A model generated the notes under the pieces. It made no database searches, was not told the origin of the DNA, and saw only the letters and a program-made list of their open reading frames with translations. Shown here in pieces: positions 48,856 through 61,382 of a stretch of 64,000 nt of DNA. Position numbers and translations under genes: made by a program. Source of the DNA: Halocafeteria seosinensis. Lineage: Eukaryota. The stretch lies in NCBI GenBank assembly GCA_001687465.1, contig LVLI01000128.1, positions 1 to 64,000 of the forward strand, read 5' to 3'. The number at the start of each line of letters is the position of its first letter. Within the stretch, counting starts at the first letter, position 1.

Positions 48856-51050
48856 TCACCAAACAGTTTTTCCATCTGTACACTGCTGATACATTATTCC
48901 GTCCTTGAGATCTTCGTCACTTTGTGGTCTCTCAGCAAATTTGCCGGCACAATACGTGAATTTCAAGATATCATTGTCCTCTCGGCTACAAGTAATACCC
49001 ATCAGCCACCTTGCTCCAGGCCTTTTCATTTTCTCCCGTAAATCCCATGCCTGTCGTAGTGCATCAACCATGGGGCTAGTGGAACCGTTGTTTTGGAGCC
49101 TGTCTACTTTACATCCGAACGTCACACCGGTGATCTTCCAGAGAGGCTGCGATGTACCAGATGGTTTATAAATTTTACCGCCAACGAGAGATCCTGGTGT
49201 AGTTCTGTTCAAGAACTCATTCTTGGAAGCGATGCTGCTTTCTGATGGCTTCATTTCTTCTCGACGGATGGGCCATGGGTGGAACGGCCTAATCTCAAGA
49301 CTCATAGACATTTGTTGTTCTCTCCCAACATGTGTCACGTTCTGAACCAGCGCGACTCCCTCGCCGTCAAATCGAGCATTTTCGGATGCAGGGAAGTAGG
49401 CGTACATGATGTGACACAGCCGGTCCTGCACTGAAAACTCTGTTAAGTCTCCAAAGTCAGATAGATGTCCGTATTGTGTTTGTAAAGCCTTGATTGCCAT
49501 TGGAAAAAGCTTATACAGATCCCATACGAGTCTCTCAGGGGCACGGATGTATTTTTCCATTTCGTCGTTTGTCACTTTCGGAAGGTTGGCTCGGAACGCA
49601 CAAAAGAGTATATCTAGCATCCTGCTAGTTTTCCCCTCTAGGACCGGAGATAAAATGACACGGGGACCAACCACACGCTTAACAGAGAGCAGGCCCAGGT
49701 TGTACAAGATCTTTTTCATGTGAGTCGGGGAGTTGGCGGACGTCGAAGGAACTTGGCCAATCTTAGAACCGAGTTCAGATATATCAATAGAACCACCAAG
49801 CAGCCCTTCCACGGCCACGTTATATCTCCCATGATAGCTGAGAACCTCACTAAAAGCGCCTCGTGCCCCCTGTAACCATAACAATCTGGATTTGTCCACC
49901 CACCTACCATTAGTGTGACGGATGAGTTCCAAAATGTCGATGGGACTGTACAAGGGATCAACTTCTCCAGAACTTCCACGAAACCCGGTACAAAACGTGT
50001 TAAACCAATTCTTCAGCCATCTAAAAAAATCTTGTTTCTGAAACGCTAGATCGACATTGGGTGTGACAATCTCGAATTTGGAAGCCCATAAGAGCACCTT
50101 GGTCCAATTGAACACATCATCATCCCGAGCTACATCAAGACACTTGGAGAGATCACGTTCGCTGACACCGAACATACCGTGGTGCTCTTTGAATGTACAA
50201 AGATCCTTGGTATTGTCCCAGCTTGATATGTCAGAATGCCTTAGTAGTGAAACGATGCCAACTCCGTAGAGATTATCTGGAAGAAGGTTCTTCAACGCCA
50301 ACATCGTTCTTTCCATAGATCCGATTTGGTCTTTCTTGCGTAAACTCCTCTGGCGCAACTCCTCCTTTCGTTCAGCATCGCCAGCTGTTCGTTCTTCCAT
50401 AATTGCCATTTCAAAGTCTCTCCACGGGACGTCGTATTCATCAATCAATACCAGCGGAAGAGAAGACACTAAGGGAGACAATTCGGGATCTAACTTTCCG
50501 ATTGCTTCTGTATACAGATGCTTGAGGAGTAGAATTGTTTCACGCATCAGAACTTCCGGCTGCTCTGTCCACCCGTCAATATCAAAATTATGCTCTGTTA
50601 GCGCCATAATTAAATCATGGCCAAGACTTTCCACGCCGGACAACAAGTTGAGCAATAGTACTGGTCGTAGCGGAGAATGGAGAAACTGCGGACCCATTTC
50701 CGTACCAGCGACACAGCGATAATACTCTTGCTGCCTTTCTAGGCTAATAGTTACTCCGACAGTAGCCTGAAGGAACGTCAGCCACGTTGTTTTCCCAAAT
50801 CTCCGAGGGGAACAAGCAAACCGAATTCCCACGCCTCCTTTCCCAGCATTCGTGTCGAGGGCATCAAGGTAGCGCCCTGTTTTGTCTATGAATTCACCTG
50901 AAGTGATAAGAATCTGGATATTCGTCTCTCCAATGCTATTGCTGAGTTTGGTGAATCTGTACTCTACTGGATCCTCTAGGGCTAGTCGTTTGTACTTCAG
51001 GAGTACTTCTAATCTGTGCTTTAGGTCGTCGACAGCTGCATCATTGTAGG
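48856..51050 (-). CDS. Bacterial-type AAA-ATPase-like protein with degenerate C-terminal PD-(D/E)XK-like domain; upstream exon(s) unresolved
   Basis: The frame stays open upstream of the listed ORF to a splice acceptor near 51051. It reads SIGETNIQILITSGEFIDKT, Walker A SPRRFGKTT, Walker B LVLIDEYDVP, HGMFGVSE, WFNTF, LYSP. The C-terminus reads TFGCKVD..DALRQ..WLMGI. Confidence 0.8.
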
Positions 51051-51565
51051 CTGCAACAGTGAGATATACACCGCGTATTCATTTTAGAAAGCTGTTGGTA
51101 TAGCATTCAGAGTTTCAGACGTTCAGGTGGTTGGTACGCACAAATCTTTGTTTTATCGTTCTGAAATGTCCTGTAGCTGCTAAATTCGGTGGTCACTCCT
51201 CTGCAGCATACACGTACACCGGTAAGCTTTGCGGTCAGCATTGCTGCGCAATTTAAACAGCATGAGCAGAATACAGATTTTCCTTGATGAAGACTTCTGT
51301 ATACATATATAATCAGGACGTACGTAGCTGGAGCACGGATGTGGTGTGACGAATGATGGTGATCGTTGGTTGTAAAATGGACTTTGCACCATAACGGGCA
51401 GCAGCCACGCAATAGCTTCGTCGACAGGAAAGCATTGAATTTATTCGGGGTTCTCCGTAAGACAACTGCGATACGACGAAGAGAAAGATTGCTTCAAACA
51501 AAGCCCACACCTCAATGTGTCTCTTCGAAGTGGCAGTGACTCCATTCATGTAAAGGTGCATGCAA

Positions 51566-51615
51566 TGTGTGTATGTGTGTGTGTGTGTGTGTGTACGTGT
51601 ACGTGTACGTGTGTG
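51566..51615. repeat. (TG)n / (GTGTAC)n compound microsatellite
   Basis: gtgtgtatgtgtgtgtgtgtgtgtgtgtacgtgtacgtgtacgtgtgtg. Confidence 0.9.
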
Positions 51616-52185
51616 AGCAGATGTTACTGTTGGACTATGTGTATCCCGTTCGACTACATAGGTAGTTTGTATTCGTATATCATACATAGCATACCGGTAT
51701 CCGCTCCATACTACGGGCTATCTGTCACATATGTGTGTGTGCCATACAGTAGATAGCCATATGATACCTCAGCATAGTGGACATCCAAGTATGCTGCTAT
51801 AGGTTGATAAGTTGAAGGGCGTAATAACTACGCTGATTCTCATACTCTACTCGTATTCTTTCGGGTGTTCGGGGGACAGCATGATTAGCTCACCTTGCTT
51901 ACCGGTGGTTTGAGGCGGGAGGTTGGATAGGCAAATTGACGTTGCTTGAGCTAGCTTGCTATGAGACCGTACTACCGCAGCATGTACTAGAGAGAACTTC
52001 TTGTCCGGAAGGAAAGCTGCTTCGAGTGCTTCACCCTGAAGTGAAGTGGTTGTTCACAACTTCTTCACTTTGTGAAGGTGGTTTAGAGGGACTGGCGTCG
52101 TTCCATACCCAAGGTTGTCACAATTAAGAGTTGTTGTATAGACGAGGATTGTTGTGTCTTCCAACTGTTGCAATTTAGTGCAGAT

Positions 52186-54047
52186 ATGGCGTCGAATACG
52201 GAGTCTGGAAGTCAAGGGACTCTTGAGGAGGCCAAACGCGCTCTTATTCAATTAGGCTATCAAGCAGGACAGGAAGCCAATACAGAGAGTTCCAAGGTGA
52301 ATCGTCTGCGGCATGACATAGAGGCGAAGTTCAGTTTGGATGCACTCTTTTCGGCCTTGGATGAAATCTTCCACAATGACCCCGAGGAAGGCGTGGGTAT
52401 TTCAAGCGCATGTCGGGGACTCGAGTATGCCTGTTCTCAAGTGGATAGTAAGGTTTACAAGCATTGTGTGGATGCGTGGAGCTCCCCAACCTCTGCCGAA
52501 GGACAAAGGTTGATTGGATTCTTCAACGCTGGAATTGAGCATGAATCGTCGGATATCAGCGCTGCCACACTTCAATTACTTGGCCAATGGGCTCGTGGGA
52601 ATGCACAAATAGCGGATACATTGGCAGCGGCGGATGGTATCATTTATCCGGCAGTGGAACTGCTGGTTGACAAAGAAGCAGAAGATTTCGCTACCTCACG
52701 CTGCTGCTACGCGGCATCAAAGTTTTTCCGGTTGCTGTTGCAAAAGACAACAGCAGGATCAGAGATCGTCAAGCATCTATGTTCACACCTTACTAACAAT
52801 GACGATCGTTTGTCTCAAGAGGAGTTTCGAATTATTGAACTATTATTGCAAGTGATAGGTGATGGAAGTTTGACAATCGAACTTGTTAGGCAAACGGAGT
52901 GCTTGAAGAGTGTAAGTTAGCTCTCTATTCGTTCTTTGTTTTCTTTCCTTATTATCGTGGCACCCTTCGCCACAGATTACTAGAATTTTGAGTTCAAGAG
53001 ATACACTTGGATCTATGAATCTTCTTGAGCAAATTCCGAGTATGGCTCGCTCGAAGGCTGGATGCTACTGTATTTGGAAGCAAGGTATGTCGCTGTTTTC
53101 TCACATGTACCGGAGGTCGTCGTTTCTCTGAACAATGTTGTCTTTTTTGCGCAGGTATTTTAGACTCTGTAGTGTCTCTTGCGGGTGCTACGCAGGGTGA
53201 AGCCAGCGCACAGATTCCCTCACAGGACGAGCTCAATCGCTTTAACCAACCTGACAGCTTTCTCCACACTCAGGCACTAGAGTGCGGGGCCATTTGCACT
53301 ATGATGTCGACTCGAATTTTGGCGAAAGAGGATAGTGCCACTGATGCAAAAGAATTTTTCAAGATGTATATTCCCGGTCTCTTAGCAAGAGCAGTGCTTA
53401 ATCTTGTCGAAGAGGACAAAACCGTGATATCGAGGTCGTTGTGCTCCATATCGTTTGCATGCCAAGCATGTTATGATGGTAAGACATCCCTTAAAAGATA
53501 TTCAATATGTATTGGAAGATTTAAAGGCGTCTTGGTGATCGTTCGTGCAGCCCTAGGAATGTTCCTACAGTCAAACGAAGCGAAGCAGTGGGCTGGGACC
53601 ATTAATACAGCCGATTCCGAAGTTAAAATGACGTTCATTCATTTCTTGGGGGACATATTTTCTATGATATCTGGTGAAGATAGCTCCAAACGAACAAAAC
53701 CAATGTCGGAAGAAGGATTCAGTCTCCCACCCCCCAGAGCACTACAAGAAGATTTAAACACTTCTATAGCGGAAGATCCGTGTCACTTGGCAAAGCAGTT
53801 GGTATCAGTGGTAGACGAAGCCAGCGGTGGTTGCATTCGTCTACTGTTTCGTATTGCAACGAAATCTTCTGACCAGGTGGCCCCGGTCGTTAAACTCTTC
53901 CATGCCCTTGCGTTGCTGCCGCAACAATACGGTATTCGCCTCTTAAACAATGAAGCGGGATTAAAAGAGTGGATAGCAAATTTAGAAAATGCAACCATGC
54001 AAGACGAGATCCGTTCAATCACTGGAAGCCTTGGACAGTTGAGATGA
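52186..54047 (+). CDS. ARM/HEAT-repeat protein, possibly proteasome assembly chaperone PSMD5-like (multi-exon)
   Basis: Helical repeats across ORFs 52168-52920 and 53025-54047, joined by introns. The segment DTLGSMNLLEQIPSMARSKAG resembles PSMD5, but this family assignment is weak. Confidence 0.55.
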
Positions 54048-54284
54048 GGACAGCTATGTCAGATTCGAGTCTATCCTCCGCAATGACCCGATCCGGCCCA
54101 GTCACTTGTAACTGAAGTACAAACCAAGCTCACCAATAGGACCTTCACACAACGGGGAAAATGCCGAAGGTGTTCGGCCAACAATTTTTCGCACATGGGA
54201 ATTTACAGCACTCACATCCACCTTTAGGATGAACTCCGGAAAGAATATAAGATATCAATATACGACGTACAATTGGTGCAATCA

Positions 54285-56708
54285 CTAACTCGATTTTGGA
54301 GTGTTGCGGCTCATGATACTCAAGAACGCATCTTGCGACAGTTCTACGGACCCGACCGTCTTCATCCGACTCTTTCCTTTTTTCTGTTTCTCCAGAAGTT
54401 TACGTTTTCTTGTAACGTCTCCTCCTCCAACTGTTTTCCCTGACTTTGTCAATACATCTTTTCGGTAAGGTGCAATGCGTTCTTTAGCAAAGATTTTATT
54501 ACCAACCGCAGCTTGGATTACTACCTCAAACTGCTGCCGCTTGATTAATGTCTTCAGTTTTTCTGCCACTCTTCGTCCTTCAGTATCAGCTCTATCTTTA
54601 TGAGCAATAAAAGAAAGCGCATCAACTGCTTTGTGATTCAAAAGTATATCGACCTTAGATATTTCTGTTGGCTCCATTCCGGCCATTTCATAGTCAAAGG
54701 ATGCATACCCTGAGGTCATACTCTTCAATTTATCATAGAAATCGGAGACAACCTCCGCCCAGGGAAGGTGGTATGTTAGCAATACCCGAGAATCATCCAG
54801 ATAAGACAGTTCTTCCTGACGCCCACGTCGCTCATGAAGCAAACTGAGTACTGCGGGGAGCTTATCCTCGGGAGTCATGATTCGGGCCCGTGCCATGGGC
54901 TCCCGATACTCTTGGACATGAGCTGGATCCGGGAAATCGCTTGGACGGTGCACAGTTATAACAGATTCATCGGTTAAAACCATCTCGTAAGGTACAGTGG
55001 GAGCCGTAGCAATAACAGGCATTCCAAACTCATCTTGCAGTCGTTGATGGAATACGTCCATGTGTAGTAGTCCAAGAAATCCACAGCGATACCCAAAGCC
55101 CAGACTCGTGCTGTTTTCCTTCGTAACACTGACGCTTGAGTCATTAAGAAGAAGGCGTTCGACTGCATTTTTTAGTACTCCGAAATCCATTGAATCAACC
55201 GGATAAATTGAAGCAAATATTTTGGGGACTGCAGGGGCAAACCCGGGGAGAGCTTGTACACTGCGTGGGTTAATTCGTGTGCCAGAAGGTAGAGTAACTT
55301 CTGACTCTGTGTCGTCCATATTGTCTGTACTGTTCTCTTTTTTCAAGGCGCCAAACGCTTCGGATACCGTATCATGATCTAGCAATGTATCCCCTACACG
55401 GGCTTGTTGAGTCGTTTTCATGCCTAAAATAACGTAACCAACCTGCAAGGTCAGGACAAACGAGTTCATTACATTGCAGAGGCACATGCGAGGACAAGTT
55501 TGCTTTGCTGTTTGCCGTACCTGGCCTGCAACCAATCCCCCTACCATACCCTGTTGACTAGTTCTATGTCCTCTCCATTTTGTGGCGTCCTGGCCTTGAT
55601 AACGCTCCACAACATACTCGCTATTGGGATCCTGCCGGGATGACGTCGCCTGGCGAACGTAGTTGATTCCCGCTGTAAAGCTATCGAGGCAACGTCTTTT
55701 GGGGGTTAACAGCCCAACCTCTTGAACGGTGTAAGATCTATTTGAATGAGCCAGTTGAATTTGCTGGTCCACATGTAAGGCCCCGTCAATAACCTGTATC
55801 AGGCAGATGACACCTCGGTATTTATCGTACCAAGAGTCCACAAGTAGTGCTCTAGTAGGAGACATCCTCCCTAACGATATGTTCGCAGGGCTAGGTAACT
55901 TATCAACAATGGCCGGGAAGATTTCATCACAACCCTCTCCTGTTTTGGCTGACGTCCAAATGACGGTATCGGGATCGATGCCTAGTGTACGCTCCATGTC
56001 CAGAAGAACTGGTTCGGGATCGGCTGTCGGAAGGTCAACTTTCGTTAACACGGGTATAATAGGAAGCGACGCATCGAGTGCCGCTTGATAATTTGCCACA
56101 GTTTGTGCTTGCACACCTTGTGCACAGTCGACGAGAAGTAGACATCCTTGACAAGCCGCCAAGGAGCGGGCCACCTCATACGAAAAGTCGACATGTCCTG
56201 GGGTATCCACGAGATTGAGTAGCCATGATTCGCCCGTCTGAGGGTGTTTGTATCGTATCGACGCCGTCTGCGCTTTGACCGTAATTCCACGTTCCTTCTC
56301 CACTTGTAGAGTGTCCAGGACCTGTTCCTGGCCTTGCTCCAGCTGTTTAATGTTCTTCGTGCTCTCCAGTAGTCTATCCGCGAGGGTCGATTTGCCGTGA
56401 TCCACATGCGCAATGATCGAAAAGTTGCGTGTCCTATCTATATCAATGTCAGGGTATTCATGGAGGACGGCCAATTCCCCTTCCGTGAAACTATACTCCC
56501 CAGAGGGCACCACAGATGTTGCCATGCTTCTTCGACACATACTCCTCCCCTTCCTCCTCCTCCTACTGCTGCAAGTAGTAGTATTATTCACCCTTGTTGC
56601 CGTGGTGGTGCTACTGCGTGAATGCAGGAGCTGATTCCACTGCCACCTCCTCCTCCTGCACCAGCATGTACTTTGCTGTATGAATTGTCTAAACCCTAAC
56701 ATTCTCAT
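54285..56708 (-). CDS. GUF1: Translation factor GUF1/LepA (EF-4), mitochondrial
   Basis: RNFSIIAHVDHGKSTLADRL, ERGITVKAQT, DTPGHVDFSYEV, GFGYRCGFLGLLHMDVF, GYASFDYE, GGDVTRKRKLLEKQKKGK. Arg/Ser/Thr-rich presequence from ATG 56708. A 78-bp intron spans 55443-55520. Confidence 0.96.
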   Translation of the reverse strand: MRMLGFRQFIQQSTCWCRRRRWQWNQLLHSRSSTTTATRVNNTTTCSSRRRRKGRSMCRRSMATSVVPSGEYSFTEGELAVLHEYPDIDIDRTRNFSIIAHVDHGKSTLADRLLESTKNIKQLEQGQEQVLDTLQVEKERGITVKAQTASIRYKHPQTGESWLLNLVDTPGHVDFSYEVARSLAACQGCLLLVDCAQGVQAQTVANYQAALDASLPIIPVLTKVDLPTADPEPVLLDMERTLGIDPDTVIWTSAKTGEGCDEIFPAIVDKLPSPANISLGRMSPTRALLVDSWYDKYRGVICLIQVIDGALHVDQQIQLAHSNRSYTVQEVGLLTPKRRCLDSFTAGINYVRQATSSRQDPNSEYVVERYQGQDATKWRGHRTSQQGMVGGLVAGQVRQTAKQTCPRMCLCNVMNSFVLTLQVGYVILGMKTTQQARVGDTLLDHDTVSEAFGALKKENSTDNMDDTESEVTLPSGTRINPRSVQALPGFAPAVPKIFASIYPVDSMDFGVLKNAVERLLLNDSSVSVTKENSTSLGFGYRCGFLGLLHMDVFHQRLQDEFGMPVIATAPTVPYEMVLTDESVITVHRPSDFPDPAHVQEYREPMARARIMTPEDKLPAVLSLLHERRGRQEELSYLDDSRVLLTYHLPWAEVVSDFYDKLKSMTSGYASFDYEMAGMEPTEISKVDILLNHKAVDALSFIAHKDRADTEGRRVAEKLKTLIKRQQFEVVIQAAVGNKIFAKERIAPYRKDVLTKSGKTVGGGDVTRKRKLLEKQKKGKSRMKTVGSVELSQDAFLSIMSRNTPKSS

Positions 56709-56743
56709 TGTATCTTTATTTACGTATGCAATAAATAAGACTA

Positions 56744-57179
56744 ATGTCCAACCACCCACAGCAACGACAACAACAACAACAACAACAACAATCCAAAGAG
56801 GGGGAGGAAGACAACTCATCCTTCATGGAGCATGTCAACGTCTTCGCCAAGGCCTCCAAGTTACGACAGAGGCTACAACGCCAGAAAGAGCGCGATAGAG
56901 ACAGAAGGTATGCGCTAGAAGCCGAGATGATAGAAAACAGCAGTGCTCAGGAAATGGTATGTAGGAGATACATAGATAGAGTGCCAACCGAGCGTGAGTT
57001 TTTCGCTGGTTCTGCAGCCCGATGTACCCGTCAATCAGTATGTGCTAGGCGTGGATAATCTGGAAGACTTTTGCGCTAGATTGTGCTTACTGCTGCTGGT
57101 CGGATGCTTACTATGGGTCTTGGTATCGCACATCTTTGGGCTCCCGCTACCGAGAGCGCTTCGAGACCAAAAGTTCTGA
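56744..57179 (+). CDS. Small poly-Q, coiled-coil, single-TM hypothetical protein (2 exons)
   Basis: Exon 1 runs MSNHPQQRQQQQ..SAQEM|gtatg. Exon 2 runs cag|PDVPVN..LCLLLLVGCLLWVLVSHIFG..*. The splice keeps the frame. Confidence 0.6.
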
Positions 57180-57871
57180 AGTATTCCCTGAGGCAGGGTT
57201 AATGAGAGCACGATTAGGAACTAGTGGTGTAGGAGACTTAAGCAGATATTAAGTAAAGAGGTGAGTAGCAACATTCATGACACAGGATCCCGAGCAGATA
57301 CCTGGACCCTTTACTGCAGCTGGAGGACTATAATCCTAGCTTCCTTGTACAATCTATACACAATGTCAATTGATAGCAGGGCTCCCGACATATCTGACCT
57401 CGGGGAGCAAGGCTTGTTTATGATACAGTCAATCCGACTAATGCAAGGAATTCTCGATGGAGAAGAAGCCTACTACCCAGGCCTTCCCAGGGTACTACTC
57501 GGACGCGAAGATGCTCACGGGTGCACGATGAATTCTGAAAAAAAAGTTTCATTCTTTTAAAATAGTGGGGCCATTATACAAAGTTAGGGAATCAGCTGAC
57601 GACACCAGCTTCGAAAGCATTCTGACATAGGCACGCTAGGAAGCTAAAAAACCACTAACGAGCAACAGGGTGATTTAAACTTGGCCCCTCCTCACAGTAT
57701 TCGCTCTAGCAACACACATCTGTGAACTCACCTGAGGTTGTTGAAGTTCAGAAGCTTCAATCTGAAAATAACCCTGCTGTATTAATGGTACACAGTGTAG
57801 ATGTAGTTGACGTTTATGTATATAATTTCATGACAAAGGGAGAAGGTAACACCAGCTGAGGTGGGCGTTAT

Positions 57872-58737
57872 CATGGGCAATTCAGCGTCCAAACGGGGTG
57901 TTCCCAAGCAGGAGAAGAAACTCTCTGCTTCAGATCTAACGCGTCGTATTAATACAGCCGCCAAGAGTGGTAGTTTAAAGCTATCAGGGTGCAAACTCAA
58001 GGAAATACCCCCGCAGATTTTCGGCTTGGATAAACTGAGAGTTCTGGATCTATCGCATAATAAACTCGAGACAATACCGGATGGTATGTGCAAGATCCAT
58101 ACGAGTGTTGTATTCCATTACAGGTAGCATTGCATTCCTTGACGCAGAGATTCGAAAGCTCACGGGCCTGAAAAAGCTGTACCTTTCGTATAATCCTCTC
58201 AAACATGTGCCGCATCTGGATGGACTGGAAAACCTCGTGGAAGTGGATATCTCGTTCTGTGAATTGAAGAGTATCCCACGGCTTCCGACAGCTCTCAAGA
58301 GCCTGAATGCATGTTACAACAAAGGCATCAAAACGGATAACGTCACATCTGCTCCCAAGCTGGAATCACTCAACCTGTCTGGATGTCAAATGAAGAACGT
58401 CCCCGGGCATCTGGGAGAATTGTCGAAGCTTCAGGATTTCAACGTTAGCAATAACGATTTGGTTTCGCTGGGCGATATAGAGGATTGGGCGAAATTGCCC
58501 GATCTCCAGTCTGTTATTGCTGAGGGAAATGAAATTCATGCTGACGAATCCACGATCCCGAGGTCACTGCTAGAGGATACACGGTTGCACAAACTTACCT
58601 TGACGGGTAATCCCATCACCCAAAAGCAGATCCAAACACTGCCAGGGGCAGACTCTTTCCTGGAACGGAGGAAGGAGCGAATCGACAAAGGCATATCTAC
58701 ACTACAAGACAGGAGCTTATGTGGGCTCAGCACGTGA
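57872..58737 (+). CDS. Leucine-rich repeat protein, LRRC57-like, N-myristoylation motif
   Basis: MGNSAS..RINTAAKSGSLKLSGCKLKEIP..LRVLDLSHNKLETIP, further LRRs and a C-terminal FLERRK. One intron lies at ~58084-58150. Confidence 0.75.
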
Positions 58738-59025
58738 TCACTATAACACAAGAAAGTATACGTTTGCAGATCATGTCACTGAAACAATACGGGAAAGCCG
58801 TGCTCTCCGATTCAAGACGTAGCTACTGCGGCGTCCCAATAGAAGTTTATCATGGACATGATGTCATTTGCGAAAATGATTTGTAGTGGTATATATACCC
58901 GCGTCCAGAAGTGAGACACAATGTGATATAACTACTACCACCCAGAGAAATCGGGAATGATCACTACACGGTGTACAAGAGTACGAGACATCTTCATTAT
59001 ATATACGTTGATACCCGCTTAATCA

Positions 59026-61382
59026 TTAAACGTTGTATTGCATCGACGCTTGGTCGATGTCAAGATCATCATCGACACCTACACCACTACATCCAGAGTT
59101 ACGGCGAGGCTTTCCCTCTGAGCCTGTTGGCCGTGGATCACTGAGCGGTTGGCGAAGGAAGCTGTACGCCGCTTCAGAGGAAATGTAGCTAAGCGGTGCA
59201 CCGCTATTTCTGTCAAAACCAGACTCCATGACAGCATAACCCTCTGCACAACAACGTCACACTGTACTTAGCCATGGCCATACAAACTTCGGGAAATCAA
59301 ACTGTCCTTACCTTTCGCGGCCGTTCGCAGCGACTTAACATGCACTGCCCAATCACTTGGAAAATTACAGTATCGCATGACGTCTTCGGGTTTCTTCTGT
59401 CTGCGCAAAGAATATTGCACTAAAGCTTTATCAACAGCTCTAGCCGCACTCGTCTCGTCTCTAAACGTCCCAACCACCGTTTCTCGGAACAGTGCTTTCC
59501 ATTCTCCAGCCCCAGTCAAATAGACACCACGGAACCTGCTCTCCCCGGAGGAGGAGGTGTTGTCATTACGACGATGCACCCTCCTCTTTTTAGTCGAGGG
59601 AGGCAAAGAAAAGTTTGACGAAAGTACATCTCCTTCAATGCCACCACCGTAAGCAGGTTGATATGTCATGAGAGGACTTGACAGTCGACGCTTTGTACAG
59701 CTCAACGAGTCAAACGCAGGACCGCCAACCTGTGAATCCGGTGGATCCAAGATTGACGGAAGTTCGGCGTAGCAACTTTCAGTGTCACTGTTACCATCAA
59801 AATAATCATCGAATGGTTCTTCCACGGCACATCCATAGGGAAATGAGAAGCTGGATGCCTTGTTCTGATGCGAGCGACTGTTGGTCATCGTCGTCCTATG
59901 AGCTGTAGGCTTCGAAATACCGAGGGCACTAAACGAGCGGTGTACTTTTGGGTTTTCATATTCCGGATTGGGGACGCTGTGGCTATGGCTCAGTGGAATT
60001 TCAAGCTTATCGTCAATGAGCCTTTCCTTCGCGGCCATGCCATGGCTATCGTTATCGGAAGAGGTAAGGTCACAAGGGTCAGTGAATTCGAACTGACCCT
60101 CCCCGGAATCGCCATCAAACTTTGTGACTTGAACATTGGATATCAAAACATCTTTAACGGTCAAGCAAAGATTACTAGGATCGGCACTATCTTTGCCTGC
60201 GTGTCTTTCAGCTTTGTCGTAGGCGTATTGGTTGACGGGAGCAGACGCACTCCTCGTACTACAGTTGTTAATCGCTGTACAGGACACGCCATCTGTTGTA
60301 CCATTGTATCCATTATCCATATCCCCAGATTCAGATGATACCCCCAAAGCACTTTTTCTTTGGGGAACACGATCTTCCTGTAATGAATGATGAGAAGTCG
60401 ATTTAGCGGGTGCTGCCCTATGCTTGGGAGACACGGTCTTGTTCGCCTTTTGCCGGCTTGGGGTTTCCTTCTTTACACCATTGGAGTCATCGTTACTGCT
60501 TCTCGCATTATTCATCGTGAGGTTTCGATAGTTCTTCACGGTTCTTTCCCTGCGGGGAAAGGTTCTTACACTGCCACCAGTCTCTTCACTCTCATGTTGG
60601 GTGGTATTTTGTTTCTCACGCGAAGATTCGGTAACACCAACTGTTGGAGCGGCACTGACAACAGGATTTGCGTCCACGCCCAAAGTTTCAGTGCCGCTTT
60701 GGTGCGTAGATGCAGGAGTAACTGTGGATGCGCTCGAGGAGCTGATAGCTGCTGACAATGAAGGATTCCCTTCTGGTGGAACAGGTATTGGTGTCCCAGG
60801 AGTGAGACGAGGAGCAGACGCATTTGTCTCCCAAATCAAGATTTGCTCCGTAAACCAGGTGGGCAATGTCCCCCCGTTTTTCTTGCGTAACTCCACCAGT
60901 TGCGACAACGTACGTGCTGCAGCAGCTCTCATTGTGGGACTGGGAAAGTTAAGTTGGGATTTCATGGTTTGCGTCCCATCCCTACGCAATAGTTCACGGT
61001 CGTACGCCATCGCAGCTTCGATCGGCGTTTCGTAAGTCCCAGTGCTATTGCTTGTCATAGGTGAGTATCCGCATTCATCCTTCTCTATCCCTCTGTATAT
61101 GGTGTAGTCATGGAGTCCCAGGCGTAATTCAATGTGGGGAGTGTCGGAGCGGTTTTTAGGGTTACTTTTGTTGGTTTTCCCGTTGGCTGCCGATCCATTC
61201 GCCTTGCTTCTGGGTCGAGTAGCCACTCCAGCTTTGCTTTTCAGATGGCTGTGGCTTTGACTAGATAAATGTACAGCGTGTTGTGTCGCCATAGAGGCTC
61301 CATTAGGTGTGGAGCCATTTTCAGCCGTAGCCGCTGTCGTTCCTGTTCCTCCACTAGCTGAATCAGTGCCTTGATACGTCAT
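59026..61382 (-). CDS. AP2-domain transcription factor-like protein (two AP2-like domains)
   Basis: IYRGIEK..GTYETPIEAAMAYDRELLRRDG..LNFP and SRFRGVYL..EWKA..GTFRDETSAARAVDKA..CNFP. The last intron is at ~59244-59311. Confidence 0.8.

Noticed and set aside
56709..56819. Poly-Val N-terminus of the 844-aa GUF1 ORF as a signal anchor
   Set aside because: It is the antisense read of the (CAA)n poly-Gln tract of the divergent gene.
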